Shown here: one piece after another, positions 1-10,100 of the stretch
How the letters are laid out: each line of letters opens with the position of its first letter
Position numbering within the stretch: position 1 is the stretch's first letter
Assembly (NCBI GenBank): GCA_007376425.1
Contig: VMGG01000002.1
Coordinates: 1-36,014, forward strand
Direction: 5' to 3'
Source of the DNA: Parcubacteria group bacterium Gr01-1014_2
GTDB lineage: Bacteria; Patescibacteriota; Minisyncoccia; 2-02-FULL-40-12
DNA: 36,014 nucleotides
The notes under the pieces: generated by a model
Databases searched by the model: none
What the model saw: the letters and a program-made list of their open reading frames with translations, nothing else
Told to the model about the DNA's origin: nothing
Translations under genes and position numbers: made by a program

Positions 1-80
1 GTCGGCTCGACTTAGCGCGGGGGTGAAGAAGCTCCCAAGCGTTGGACTGTTCGTCCATTAAAAAGTTACGTGAGCTGGGT
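1..80 (+). rRNA. rrl: 23S rRNA exon (domain V, E. coli ~2505-2584), truncated by window start
   Basis: GTCGGCTC...CTGTTCG...GAGCTGGGT matches the conserved peptidyl-transferase-centre sequence. Confidence 0.97.
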
Positions 81-903
81 AAGTTAAAAAGATGAGCCCA
101 GCATAAACTGACTCATAACGGTAGAGTTCATTATGAAAATTTGATAAAATTATAGTAATGGATAATATCGTGGGAAGACTGAAATCTTTAATTCCGTCAG
201 ATCAGTTTCAACTGATCATAGGTTCATTGATGGGTGATGCTCGTTTAGAGTGTCGTTCAAAGAGTATAAGAGCGAAACATACTGCTCGTTTAAGGATTCA
301 TCAATCCGATAAGCAAAAGGATTATGTGTTTTGGAAGTACCAAATATTGAAAAGTCTTGTCATAAGAGGACCCAGATTTACCAAAGTCTGGCATGACAAG
401 AAAAGAAATAAAAATCATTATTCCTGGTATTTTCATACAATAAGTTCGGAAACATTGGGATTGTTTCATAGATTTTTTTATCGGAACGGAATAAAAATTG
501 TACCGATTGAATTGCTAAAGGAATTAAATCCTTTAGGGTTAGCGATTTGGTACATGGATGATGGATCAAATAATGGCGGCAGCATAACTCTTAATACTCA
601 TTGTTTCTCTGAACAAGAACAGATAGTAATTCAAGATTTATTGAAAAATAAGTTTGGAGTTGTTGCTACTATAGTGAAAGACAGAAACAAATTGAAAATT
701 TGAATCGGCTCTCGCGAGTATCAAAAATTTATTGATCTCGTAAGGCCATATATTCCAGAATCAATGAACTATAAGATTTCAAGTCCCCGTAACGACTTGT
801 CGCTAAATCAGCGGCAGGCGGTGGTTATTTAATCGCCGCAACACGTCAGCTCCGGTGTTCGGAAAAATCGGAGAAGGTATAGTCTAATACACAAATAGTA
901 TTG
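81..903 (+). ncRNA. Group I intron in 23S rRNA at L2584, carrying a LAGLIDADG ORF
   Basis: Exon ends in U80 and pairs with internal guide GCCCAGC (P1 with U.G); R-like CCCGTAACGACT ~786-797; S-like GAAGGTATAGTCT ~873-885; terminal G903; rRNA resumes TCAAACCGT. Confidence 0.9.
158..832 (+). pseudogene. Double-motif LAGLIDADG homing endonuclease (LAGLIDADG_2 type) with in-frame TGA at 701-703
   Basis: Motifs IIGSLMGDA and LAIWYMDDGS; the frame continues after TGA as IGSREYQKFIDLVRPYIPESMNYKI, the usual C-terminus of this family, to TAA 830-832. Confidence 0.85.
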
Positions 904-912
904 TCAAACCGT
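904..912 (+). rRNA. rrl: 9-nt 23S rRNA micro-exon (E. coli 2585-2593)
   Basis: TCAAACCGT fills the gap exactly between GAGCTGGGT and CGTGAGACAG. Confidence 0.9.
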
Positions 913-1039
913 CAATTGAGGCGGCTACACCGAGTAATCGGTGTTAGCAAAATCGACTCATATCGGGGAAATCCTACTTAAATACAACCTGTTTAAGAGG
1001 ATAATCCCGAGGGAAGTCAAAAGTTGTAGATTAAGATAG

Positions 1040-1070
1040 AAAAAGCCCTACACATTTTATGTGAAGGGCT
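1040..1070 (-). terminator. Minus-strand intrinsic terminator inside intron L2593
   Basis: AGCCCT-A-CACAT/ATGTG-A-AGGGCT stem next to A5 (U-tract on minus strand). Confidence 0.55.
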
Positions 1071-1129
1071 ACGACCGGGGCATCAGGTGGCCTGAACTGG
1101 CTACCATATAGCTTGCCGTGTCTAAATAC

Positions 1130-1158
1130 ATGTTAGCATGTAGATAATTTTCTGTCAA
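1130..1158 (-). promoter_or_regulatory. Antisense sigma70-type promoter inside intron L2593
   Basis: Minus strand TTGACA-N17-TAACAT with extended TGn. Confidence 0.55.
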
Positions 1159-1319
1159 TAGATTGCTAAAAAAGCTAGAAAAATCAAGCAATTTTGACCC
1201 CGTAGAGACTCAATCTTTTTTAAAGGATTGGACGAAACAAAAAGTTTCGTAACATGTCGGTCTTCCACATTAGTGGAAGGTGGTATAGTCCATACAACGA
1301 GTAATCGTTGAGAAATATG

Positions 1320-1540
1320 CGTGAGACAGGTTGGTCCTTATCTGGTGTGGGCGCAAAAAGACCTGAGTGGGGTCGCTCCTAGTACGAGAGGACCGGAGTG
1401 AGCGTACCTCTGGTGTACCAGTAGTCCTGCCAAGGGCGTCGCTGGGTAGCTAAGTACGTCAGTGATAAGCGCTGAAAGCATCTAAGCGCGAAGTAAGCGG
1501 GGCAACCCGTTTAGCCGAGAACTACTAATAGACCGATTTT
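1320..1540 (+). rRNA. rrl: 23S rRNA 3' exon (from E. coli 2594), apparently missing ~80 nt of domain VI
   Basis: CGTGAGACAG, sarcin-ricin loop AGTACGAGAGGACC, GCTGAAAGCATCTAAG, TACTAAT; 3' end approximate. Confidence 0.92.
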
Positions 1541-1585
1541 ATTCCCGCACTTTATCTGTTTTCAGTAGAATTAAAAACCAGTGAT

Positions 1586-1700
1586 TTGGTGGTAATACCG
1601 GCGTTGCCCCACCCGTTTCCATTCCGAACACGGAAGTGAAAGACGCCAAGGCCGATGATAGTTTCCCGCTAAGCTGGGTGCGAAAGTAGGTCGCCGCCAA
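1586..1700 (+). rRNA. rrf: 5S rRNA
   Basis: CCATTCCGAACACGGAAGTGAA, GCCGATGATAGT, GAAAGTAGGTCGCCGCC; flanked by 14-bp inverted repeat 1571-1584/1702-1715 (processing stem). Confidence 0.95.
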
Positions 1701-1765
1701 TTCACTGGTTTTTAAATTTGGCGATTATTTGCTCTGTCTTTTCTTTTCTTTTATGATGAAGAAAA

Positions 1766-2521
1766 ATGAAGCGTCTCTTAAAACAAATAGTGGTCGCCGC
1801 CGTATTTTTTATCATAATTGGCTCTGCTATTTATTTTTCTTTTATAAAGGAGACTGCTACTGGACCGACTCTAACGCCGTCGGTTTTTATTCAGCCATTA
1901 GAAATTATTTCTCAAAATATTTTCAAAGTAGCCGATTTGGATTATGATTTTTTAGTTAAAATAAAAAACCCGAATACCGATTTCGGCGCTAGCAATGTTT
2001 CATATGAAGCAGATATTTTTGATCAGGCCGGCAGTTTAATTGTCAGCATTCGAGATTCAATCAGTCTATTGCCCGGCCAGACAAGATATGAAATCATTTC
2101 TCCGATAGAAACCAATCAGGAGATTGCCGATATTATTTTTAAAGTTACTAATGTTGATTGGCAAAAATTAAAAGAATATATTCCCCAGACCCTTTTTTTG
2201 GTTAAAAATCAGGAATACTTTAAATCGGGCCAGGGGTTTCCGAGATTGAAGGTAACTTTATTCAATGACTCTAATTTTGATTTTGACCGGGTCGATGTTT
2301 ATATAGTTTTATTTGGCGAGAATGATAAGATTTTGGCAGTCAATAAAACAGACATAAGGACTTTTTTATCTAGAACCGACAGGTTTTTTGAAGTCAGGTG
2401 GCTAAAATTTTTTGAGGGTGAAGTTAAACGAGTGGAAATTAATGCTTATACCGATGTTTTTAAAAATGAAAATTTCATAAAACAATATGGAATTCAGGAA
2501 AACTTCCAGAAATTTTACTAA
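1766..2521 (+). CDS. Hypothetical membrane-anchored protein with two beta-rich (FxLYD/Ig-like) repeats
   Basis: 251-aa ORF, single N-terminal TM segment, repeated K/N-x-N...V-x-L/F-D/G-x-x-G pattern. Confidence 0.7.
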   Translation: MKRLLKQIVVAAVFFIIIGSAIYFSFIKETATGPTLTPSVFIQPLEIISQNIFKVADLDYDFLVKIKNPNTDFGASNVSYEADIFDQAGSLIVSIRDSISLLPGQTRYEIISPIETNQEIADIIFKVTNVDWQKLKEYIPQTLFLVKNQEYFKSGQGFPRLKVTLFNDSNFDFDRVDVYIVLFGENDKILAVNKTDIRTFLSRTDRFFEVRWLKFFEGEVKRVEINAYTDVFKNENFIKQYGIQENFQKFY

Positions 2522-3620
2522 CCCGGCCAAATCCCTTCAAGGAAGATTTGACTGGGTAAAATTCGACTTCCCTCTTTTCATAGCCATTCTGGGGTTATCT
2601 GTTTTTAGCCTTTTGAATTTGGCCGGCATTTCCGGAATTGAAAGTACTTTTTTTCAAAAGCAGCTCACCTTTTTTATTATTGGGGCAGCCATTTTACTGG
2701 CCAATCCTTTGATTGATTACAGAATTTTTAAAAACTACTCTTTGCCGTCAACAATCTTTTTTATAGCGAGCATTTTGCTTTTGATTATGACTTTGCAAGC
2801 CGCGCCGGTCCGGGGAGTAACGGCTTGGCTTCACTTGCCTTTCGGAGTTTCATTTGAAACATCCGAGTTTGCTAAGCTGGCCATGGTTTTATTTTTGGCC
2901 AGGTATTTCTCTTCAAGAATTTATCTAAATAATATTTCTGCGATTTTAGTCTCCGGCATTTATACTTTCTTAGTTATTTTTTTAGTTTTTCTCCAACCGG
3001 ATTTTGGTTCGGCTATCATTTTATTCTTAATTTGGCTGGGAGGCTTATTTTTATTTGGCTTGACCAAGAGGCAAGTTTTAATAGCGGCTAATTTTTTGAT
3101 CATTACTGTTTTGATTCTCGGCACTTTTGTTCTTGAGCCTTATCAAAAATCAAGGGTTACCTCTTTTTTAGTGAGTTCACTTGGCCAAGGCAGAGAGAGT
3201 TATAATGTTTTACAATCTAAAATAGCTATTGGTTCCGGAGGTTTTTGGGGTTTGGGATTGGGTTCGGGTTCACAGGCTAAATTTGGAATATTGCCGGAAG
3301 CAAATACTGATTTTGCTTTAGCCTCTTTGATAGAGCAATTTGGACTTTTCGCCTTGATTATTATTTTAATACTTTATTTTGTTATTTTGAGCCGTTTATT
3401 TTCTATTGCCGTAAAAGCCAGGGACGGTTTCTCAAAATTTTTCATTTTTATGTTTTCAGTTTATTTTTTTTCCCATGTGGTGATAAATCTTGGAATGAAT
3501 TTAGGCCTTGTTCCAGTTGCTGGCTTACCCCTGCCTTTTATTAGTTATGGAGGTAGTTTTTTAATTAGTTTGATGATTGGTTTTTCTATTTTAGAGAATA
3601 TACGAATAAGGAATCTTTAA
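2487..3620 (+). CDS. rodA: SEDS family peptidoglycan glycosyltransferase RodA/FtsW
   Basis: Polytopic; SEFAKL, LQPDFGS, QSKIAIGSGG, LPEANTDF, LPFISYGGS. Confidence 0.9.
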   Translation: MEFRKTSRNFTNPAKSLQGRFDWVKFDFPLFIAILGLSVFSLLNLAGISGIESTFFQKQLTFFIIGAAILLANPLIDYRIFKNYSLPSTIFFIASILLLIMTLQAAPVRGVTAWLHLPFGVSFETSEFAKLAMVLFLARYFSSRIYLNNISAILVSGIYTFLVIFLVFLQPDFGSAIILFLIWLGGLFLFGLTKRQVLIAANFLIITVLILGTFVLEPYQKSRVTSFLVSSLGQGRESYNVLQSKIAIGSGGFWGLGLGSGSQAKFGILPEANTDFALASLIEQFGLFALIIILILYFVILSRLFSIAVKARDGFSKFFIFMFSVYFFSHVVINLGMNLGLVPVAGLPLPFISYGGSFLISLMIGFSILENIRIRNL

Positions 3621-3636
3621 AGCCTTCGGTAAATGG

Positions 3637-3700
3637 TTATCCACAAATAGGTGCGGGGCGTGGATAAGGCCCTTGACAACTTTTCTTTTACTAATATACT
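3637..3700 (+). promoter_or_regulatory. rpoBC promoter with two inverted DnaA-box-like sites
   Basis: TTATCCACA 3637-3645; TTATCCACG (minus) 3659-3667; TTGACA 3673-3678, N16, TATACT 3695-3700. Confidence 0.65.
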
Positions 3701-3706
3701 TGCAGA

Positions 3707-3935
3707 TGCAGACTTTTTAGTCTTTTTTGATAATATATGCCTTTTCCTTGGATTTTGCCAGCCGAGGAGCCGCTGCACTGAGGATAGGCAAAATCGGGGG
3801 AGGAATCGGAAGGGGGTGCCTCACCCCCTCCGAGAATATAGCCTTGGAGATTACGAGGCAATCCAACAATTAAATAGAGAAAAATCCCTTTAACCCTTCA
3901 AAAAGAAGGGTAGGTCTTTTTTTGTTCGTTGCATA
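3707..3935 (+). ncRNA. Structured 5' leader of rpoB ending in a terminator-like hairpin
   Basis: Stems GATTTTGCC/GGCAAAATC, TCGGA-GGGGGTG/CACCCCC-TCCGA, GCCTTG/CGAGGC, ACCCTTC/GAAGGGT then a T-run. Confidence 0.55.
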
Positions 3936-3969
3936 TCATTTTTGCAGCTTGTCGAATTTATCCAAAAAT

Positions 3970-6900
3970 ATGCTTCAAGAAAAAGTATTCTCAAAATATA
4001 AAACAGATTCGGCCCTGCCTTTGAATTTGATTAAGATGCAGCTCGATTCTTATAATGATTTTTTGGCTAAAGGGTTGAAAAATATTTTTAGGGAAGCATC
4101 GCCGATTAGCGATTGGACTGGGAAAGAAGCCAATCTTAATTTTGTCGATTTCAAAATTGAACAGCCAAGATTTGATGACCAAATCGCCAAAGAAAAAAAC
4201 ATAACTTACGAAGCTCCATTACGGGTTAAACTGCTTTTTGAAAATAAAAAAACCGGCCAGAAAAAAGAACAGGAAGTCTACTTTGCCGATATTCCCCTTA
4301 TGACCAAAAGGGGAACTTTTGTTATTAATGGCATTGAACGAGTGGTTGTTTCTCAGCTCATAAGGAGCCCGGGCGTATTTTTTACTCTTTCCAAATCGAG
4401 CCGCTATAAGAATCTTTTCGGAGCGAAAATTATTCCTTCGCGGGGTGCCTGGCTGGAGCTTGAAACTGAGCAAAGCGGAGTGATATCAGTCAGGATCGAC
4501 CGCAAAAGAAAGGTTCCGGTAACCACCTTGCTTCGCGCTTTTGGTTATTCGACTGATAAGCAGATTCAGGACCTCTTTAAAGAAGCCGATACAGACCAAG
4601 CAATGAAATATATTGCCGCTACTTTAGTTCAAGACCCATCTTCTAATCAAGAAGAAGGCTTAATAGAAGTTTATAGACGTCTTAGGCCGGGTGATTTTGC
4701 TACACCAGATAATGCCAAACAGATGATTTTCAATATGTTTTTTAATTTTTCTCGGTACGACTTGTCTGAAGTTGGCCGTCACAGAATTAATCAGCGATTC
4801 AATCAAAAATATCATTTGACTGAAGAACATCGCTTTTTAAAACCAGAAGATATTGTTTTTATAGTTAAAGAAATCATTAAGTTGAATAATAATCCTTTGG
4901 CTCAACCTGATAATATTGACCATTTGGGGAATCGCCGAGTAAAAACAGTCGGCGAGCAGCTTCAGGAAAAATTAAGATTAGCCCTGAACCGGATGGAGAG
5001 AATAATAAAAGACAGGATGAGCACAGCCGAGCTGGAAATAGCGTTACCTTCCCAATTAATTAACTCAAGACCTTTTATCGCCGCCCTGAAAGAATTTTTT
5101 GCTTCAAGCCAGCTTTCCCAGTTTATGGATCAGACTAACCCGCTTTCGGAACTGGAACACAAAAGAAGGCTTTCAGCCATGGGCCCAGGCGGTTTGACTC
5201 GTGAAAGAGCCAGTTTTGAAGTCAGAGATGTCCACCCAAGCCATTACGGTAGAATTTGTCCAATTCAAACATCGGAAGGGCCAAACATTGGCTTAGTCGG
5301 ACACTTAGCCGTTTTTGGAAAAGTTTCGCCGCTGGGTTTTATTCTTTCTCCTTATCAGAAAGTAAAAAATAGCAAACTTACCGATGAAATAGTATTTTTG
5401 GATGCGGCCGAGGAAGAAAAATATATTATTGCCCAAGCTGGTTCGAACATAGATGAAAATGGAAAATTAATAGACAAGAAAGTTGAGGCCAGGATTAAAG
5501 GTGAGCCGGGCGAAGTCGAAACTTCGGAAGTTGAGCTTATTGATATTTCGCCGAAGCAGCCGTTTTCGGCGGCGACGGCTTTGATTCCTTTCTTAGAGCA
5601 TAACGATGCTAACCGAGCACTAATGGGGTCAAACATGCAGCGTCAAGCCGTTCCATTGATTAAGACAGAGGCGCCTTATGTAATGACGGGCATGGAAAAA
5701 AATGTAGCTTATGATTCTGGTTCAGCCCTGATTTCGGAAACCGAAGGCACAGTTGATTTTTCAGACGGCTCATTAATAAAAATCAGAGGAAAAAATGGAG
5801 AAGCTAAAGAATACAAACTTTCAAAATTCTCCCGTTCCAATGCATATACTTCCATAAATCAAAAACCGATAGTCAGAAAGGGCGATAAAGTGAAAGGAGG
5901 CCAGGTGATTGCTGACGGCCCGGCCATGGATCAGGGGCAACTGGCTTTGGGCAAGAACTTATTAGTTGCTTTTATGTCTTTTGAAGGGGCTAATTTTGAA
6001 GATGCCGTCATTATTTCCGAACGGCTGGTAAAAGAGGATACTTTGACCTCGATTCATATTGAAGATTATTCAGCTGACATTAGAGAAACAAAGCTGGGGC
6101 CAGAATTAACCACGGCCGATATTCCTAATGTCGGAGAAGAAAGACTTAAAAATTTGGATATAGAGGGTATTATCAGGATTGGAGCGGAAGTAAGGAGCCA
6201 GGATATTTTAGTCGGTAAAATTTCACCGAAAGGCGAAACCGATTTAACTCCCGAAGAAAAACTTTTAAGGGCAATATTCGGAGAAAAATCCAGAGATATT
6301 AAAGATACTTCTTTAAGATTGCCTTTTGGGAAGCAGGGCCGGGTGGTGGGAGTCAAGATTTTTTCCCGTGACCAGGGCGACAAGTTACCCAGCGGCGTCA
6401 TGAGGACAATCCAAATTTCAATTGCCCAAACCCGCAAAATCCAAGTGGGCGATAAAATGGCTGGCCGGCACGGCAACAAAGGCGTCATTTCAGTGATTTT
6501 GCCGGAAGAAGAGATGCCATTTTTAGAGGATGGCACTCCGATCGACATTGTTCTAAATCCACTCGGTATTATTTCCAGAATGAATATCGGCCAAATCTTA
6601 GAAACTCATTTGGGCTTAGCGGCCAAGGAGCTTAATTATCGAGCCGTGGTTCCGGCAATGTCCGGGCCGAGCGAACAAGTCGTTATGGAAGAATTAAAAA
6701 AAGCAAAACTGCCCGAAGATGGCAAAGTTATTTTATATGATGGCAAGACTGGCCGGCCCTTCAAGCAAAAAGTCACCGTCGGGATAATTTATTTCATGAA
6801 ATTGCTTCATATGGTTGAAGATAAACTTCATATGCGTTCAGTGGGACCGTATTCTTTGATTACCCAACAGCCCCTTGGCGGGAAAGCTCAAGGCGGAGGC

Positions 6901-7128
6901 CAGAGGTTTGGAGAGATGGAAGTCTGGGCTTTAGAGGGTTATGGCGCGGCTTATACTTTGCAGGAAATGCTGACGATTAAATCGGATGATGTTATAGGCC
7001 GGGCAAAAACATATGAGGCCATCGTTAATGGAGAAGAGATTAAGGCGCCCCATGTGCCCGAGTCATTTAAAGTGCTTTTGTCAGAAATTAAAGGATTGGG
7101 GTTGAATGTGGAGTTGTTAGAAAGATAA
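3970..7128 (+). CDS. rpoB: RNA polymerase beta subunit
   Basis: SQFMDQTNPLSEL, GSNMQRQAVP, GDKMAGRHGNKG, GGQRFGEMEVWALE; ATG 3970 preferred to TTG 3922. Confidence 0.98.
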   Translation: MLQEKVFSKYKTDSALPLNLIKMQLDSYNDFLAKGLKNIFREASPISDWTGKEANLNFVDFKIEQPRFDDQIAKEKNITYEAPLRVKLLFENKKTGQKKEQEVYFADIPLMTKRGTFVINGIERVVVSQLIRSPGVFFTLSKSSRYKNLFGAKIIPSRGAWLELETEQSGVISVRIDRKRKVPVTTLLRAFGYSTDKQIQDLFKEADTDQAMKYIAATLVQDPSSNQEEGLIEVYRRLRPGDFATPDNAKQMIFNMFFNFSRYDLSEVGRHRINQRFNQKYHLTEEHRFLKPEDIVFIVKEIIKLNNNPLAQPDNIDHLGNRRVKTVGEQLQEKLRLALNRMERIIKDRMSTAELEIALPSQLINSRPFIAALKEFFASSQLSQFMDQTNPLSELEHKRRLSAMGPGGLTRERASFEVRDVHPSHYGRICPIQTSEGPNIGLVGHLAVFGKVSPLGFILSPYQKVKNSKLTDEIVFLDAAEEEKYIIAQAGSNIDENGKLIDKKVEARIKGEPGEVETSEVELIDISPKQPFSAATALIPFLEHNDANRALMGSNMQRQAVPLIKTEAPYVMTGMEKNVAYDSGSALISETEGTVDFSDGSLIKIRGKNGEAKEYKLSKFSRSNAYTSINQKPIVRKGDKVKGGQVIADGPAMDQGQLALGKNLLVAFMSFEGANFEDAVIISERLVKEDTLTSIHIEDYSADIRETKLGPELTTADIPNVGEERLKNLDIEGIIRIGAEVRSQDILVGKISPKGETDLTPEEKLLRAIFGEKSRDIKDTSLRLPFGKQGRVVGVKIFSRDQGDKLPSGVMRTIQISIAQTRKIQVGDKMAGRHGNKGVISVILPEEEMPFLEDGTPIDIVLNPLGIISRMNIGQILETHLGLAAKELNYRAVVPAMSGPSEQVVMEELKKAKLPEDGKVILYDGKTGRPFKQKVTVGIIYFMKLLHMVEDKLHMRSVGPYSLITQQPLGGKAQGGGQRFGEMEVWALEGYGAAYTLQEMLTIKSDDVIGRAKTYEAIVNGEEIKAPHVPESFKVLLSEIKGLGLNVELLER

Positions 7129-7134
7129 TAATTC

Positions 7135-10100
7135 ATGGATTTTAATTCAATCAGATTACGTTTAGCCTCGCCAGACGAAATCTTAAGCTGGTCGCATGGC
7201 GAAGTGCTTAAACCAGAGACAATAAATTACCGGACTCAAAGACCAGAGCCGGAGGGTTTGTTTTCGGAAAAAATCTACGGACCGGAAAGAGATTTTGAAT
7301 GCTACTGCGGCAAATACCGAAAAATCCGCTACAAGGGAATAATTTGTGACCGTTGCGGAGTAGAGGTCACTCGTTCCATTGTCAGGCGGGAGAGATTCGG
7401 CCATATAAAGCTTGCTTCGCCGGTTTCCCATATTTGGTTTTTGCGCGGCGTCCCGAGCAGGATGGCCATGATTTTAGATGTGTCTTTGCCTAATCTTGAA
7501 AAAGTGATTTATTTTTCAAGCTACATAATTACTCAGGTCAATGAAGAAGCAAAAACTGAAGCGATGAAGAAAATCGATCAGGAATTCAGGAGTAAATTAA
7601 AAGAATCTAAAAATGAGGAAGAAAAAGAAAAATTCAAAGTTCTCAAAGAAAAAGAGAGGATAATCCTAAAAGAAATCAAGAAATATAAAATTATTTCTGA
7701 ATTGGAATTCAGGGAATTGTCTTTGAAATATGGTGAAGTTTTTGAAGTCGGAATCGGCGCCGAAGCCATCAAGAAAATTTTTGAAGGAATCGATTTGGAC
7801 AATATTGTTAAAGAATTAGAACGAGATTTAAGTATTGCCGGAAATCCACTTCAAATTAAAAAATTGACCCGTCGTTTAAGGCTGATTAAAGGTTTTAGCG
7901 TTTCTAATTCCAGGCCGGAGTGGATGTTTCTTGATGTAATTCCGGTTATTCCGCCAGCCTTAAGGCCGATGGTCCAATTAGACGGCGGACGTTATGCCAC
8001 TTCAGACTTAAATGATTTGTATCGCCGGGTGATTAATCGAAATAATCGATTAAAACATTTATTGGAACTTAAAGCCCCTGAAGTAATCACGAGAAATGAA
8101 AAAAGGATGCTTCAAGAGGCAGTTGACGCCTTGATTGATAATGGCATGAGAAAAGGCCAGGCCCTAACTCAAGCCACGGTCGGCCAAAAAAGAAGCTTAA
8201 AGTCTCTTTCAGATATTTTAAAGGGCAAGCAGGGAAGGTTTAGACAGAATCTTTTAGGTAAAAGAGTAGATTATTCTGGAAGAAGCGTCATCGTTATCGG
8301 GCCAGAACTTAAAATTGACGAATGCGGCTTGCCCAAATACATGGCTTTGGAACTTTTCCGGCCTTTTGTGATTAACCGGTTGATTTCCAAGGGGTTAGTA
8401 AATAATATTCGGGCCGCCGGAAAATTTATTGAAACCGAATCTTCTGAAGTTTGGGAAGCCTTGGAAGAGGTAATTAAGGATAAACTTGTATTGTTAAACC
8501 GGGCGCCGACTTTGCATCGACTCGGAGTCCAGGCATTTCATCCTCGACTGCACGAAGGCAAGGCCATAAGAATTCCGGCTTTGCCAACTCATGCTTTCAA
8601 TGCTGACTTTGACGGCGACCAAATGGCTGTGCATTTGCCTTTGTCTGAAGATGCCCAAGCTGAAGCAAGGAATTTAATGTTGGCCTCCCGGGGGATTCTA
8701 AAACCGGCTACTGGCGAACCAGTTGCTGTGCCGACCAATGACATAGTTTTGGGCTGCTACTGGCTAACAATGATGGTTGATGACTTAAAGGGAGAGGGTA
8801 AAATTTTTTCATCTAAAGAAGAATGCTTGAACGCTTTTGAAAATGAGGTGATTGATTTGCAGGCTAAGATAAAAGTTAGGATGGCTTCAAATAAGAGCGA
8901 AGGGAACAAAGAAGAAATAATTGAGACGAATGCCGGGAGAGTAATTTTTAATGAAATTCTTCCGCCAGATATCAGTTTCGTAAATAAGACCTTAAATAAA
9001 AATGACCTTCAAAAAATAGAAATGGAGGTCTTAGATAAATATGGTTTTAGCGATGAGACCAGTCGGTTTTTAAACGACTTGAAAAATACAGGCTTCAGTT
9101 ATGCTACTCAATCTGGGATTTCCTGGTCAGTTTTCGATTTGAAAATTCCCAAAGAAAAAGAAGAAATTATTAATGCCGCCCAGAAATTGGCTGATGAAAA
9201 CGAAACTCTTTATGAGCAAGGTCTTTTAACTAAATACGAAAGGAGAACTAAAGCAATTGAAATTTGGACTGAAGCTAAATCGAAACTTTCAGACTACGTG
9301 AAAAAGGTGCTTCCTTTGACGAGCCCCGTCAGAATTATGGTTGAATCCAAGGCCAGAGGCTCGTGGTCTGTGATCGACCAGTTAATGGGGATGAGAGGTC
9401 TTTTTACTAATCCAGCCGGAGAAATTATTGAATTGCCGGTCAAAAATTCATTCAAAGAAGGTTTGACTGTTTTGGAATACTTTATTTCAACTCACGGCGC
9501 CAGAAAAGGTTTGGCTGACACTGCTTTAAGGACAGCCACGGCCGGCTATTTAACCCGCCGCTTAGTTGACGTTGTCCAGGATATAACTATTCAGGAAGAA
9601 GATTGTAAAGATAAAGAAGGTTTTATAATTCACGCGAAAGACAGCGAAGCTATTTCTGAAAACCTTGGCAAGCGCGTCATGGGCCGGATCTCTCTCGAAG
9701 AAGTTAAAGATGAAAACGGCAAAGCAGTCATTAAGAAAGGAGACTTAATTTCACGCCATCAAGCTGAGATTGTTGACCATCTTAAACTCGATAGATTAAG
9801 AGTTAGAAGTCTAATCAGCTGTAAATCAAGGAAAGGGGTCTGTCAGATATGCTATGGTTATGATTTGTCAAAAAACCAAATCGTTGAATTGGGCGAGGCA
9901 GTCGGAATCATTACCGCTCAAGCCATTGGGGAACCGGGGACTCAGATGACGATGAGAACTTTTCATACCGGAGGCGTAGCTGGCGGAGACGATATCACTC
10001 TTGGTTTGCCTAGAGTTGAGGAAATTTTTGAAGCCAGATCGCCGTCTTCCAAAGGATTAATTTGCGATGTTGAAGGGCAGGTTAAATCTGTCGAACATAA

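Larger units (their letters stand above)
913..1319 (+). ncRNA. Group I intron in 23S rRNA at L2593, no ORF
   Basis: P1 CCGU/GCGG with U.G; R-like CCCGTAGAGACT ~1199-1210; S-like GGTATAGTCC ~1282-1291; terminal G1319. Confidence 0.9.

Noticed and set aside
1-10. Window starts at the G2505-equivalent, next to known intron site L2504
   Set aside because: Upstream sequence is not visible, so a third intron cannot be inferred
701-703. UGA recoding (code 4/25) as explanation of the endonuclease stop
   Set aside because: ssb, secG, the STAS gene and pyrF terminate at TGA at expected positions, and long genes have no internal TGA
3637-3667. Replication origin
   Set aside because: Only two DnaA boxes, no adjacent dnaA/dnaN and no clear unwinding element
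3651-3893. 80-aa ORF upstream of rpoB
   Set aside because: Overlaps the promoter and stem-rich leader; no recognisable protein features
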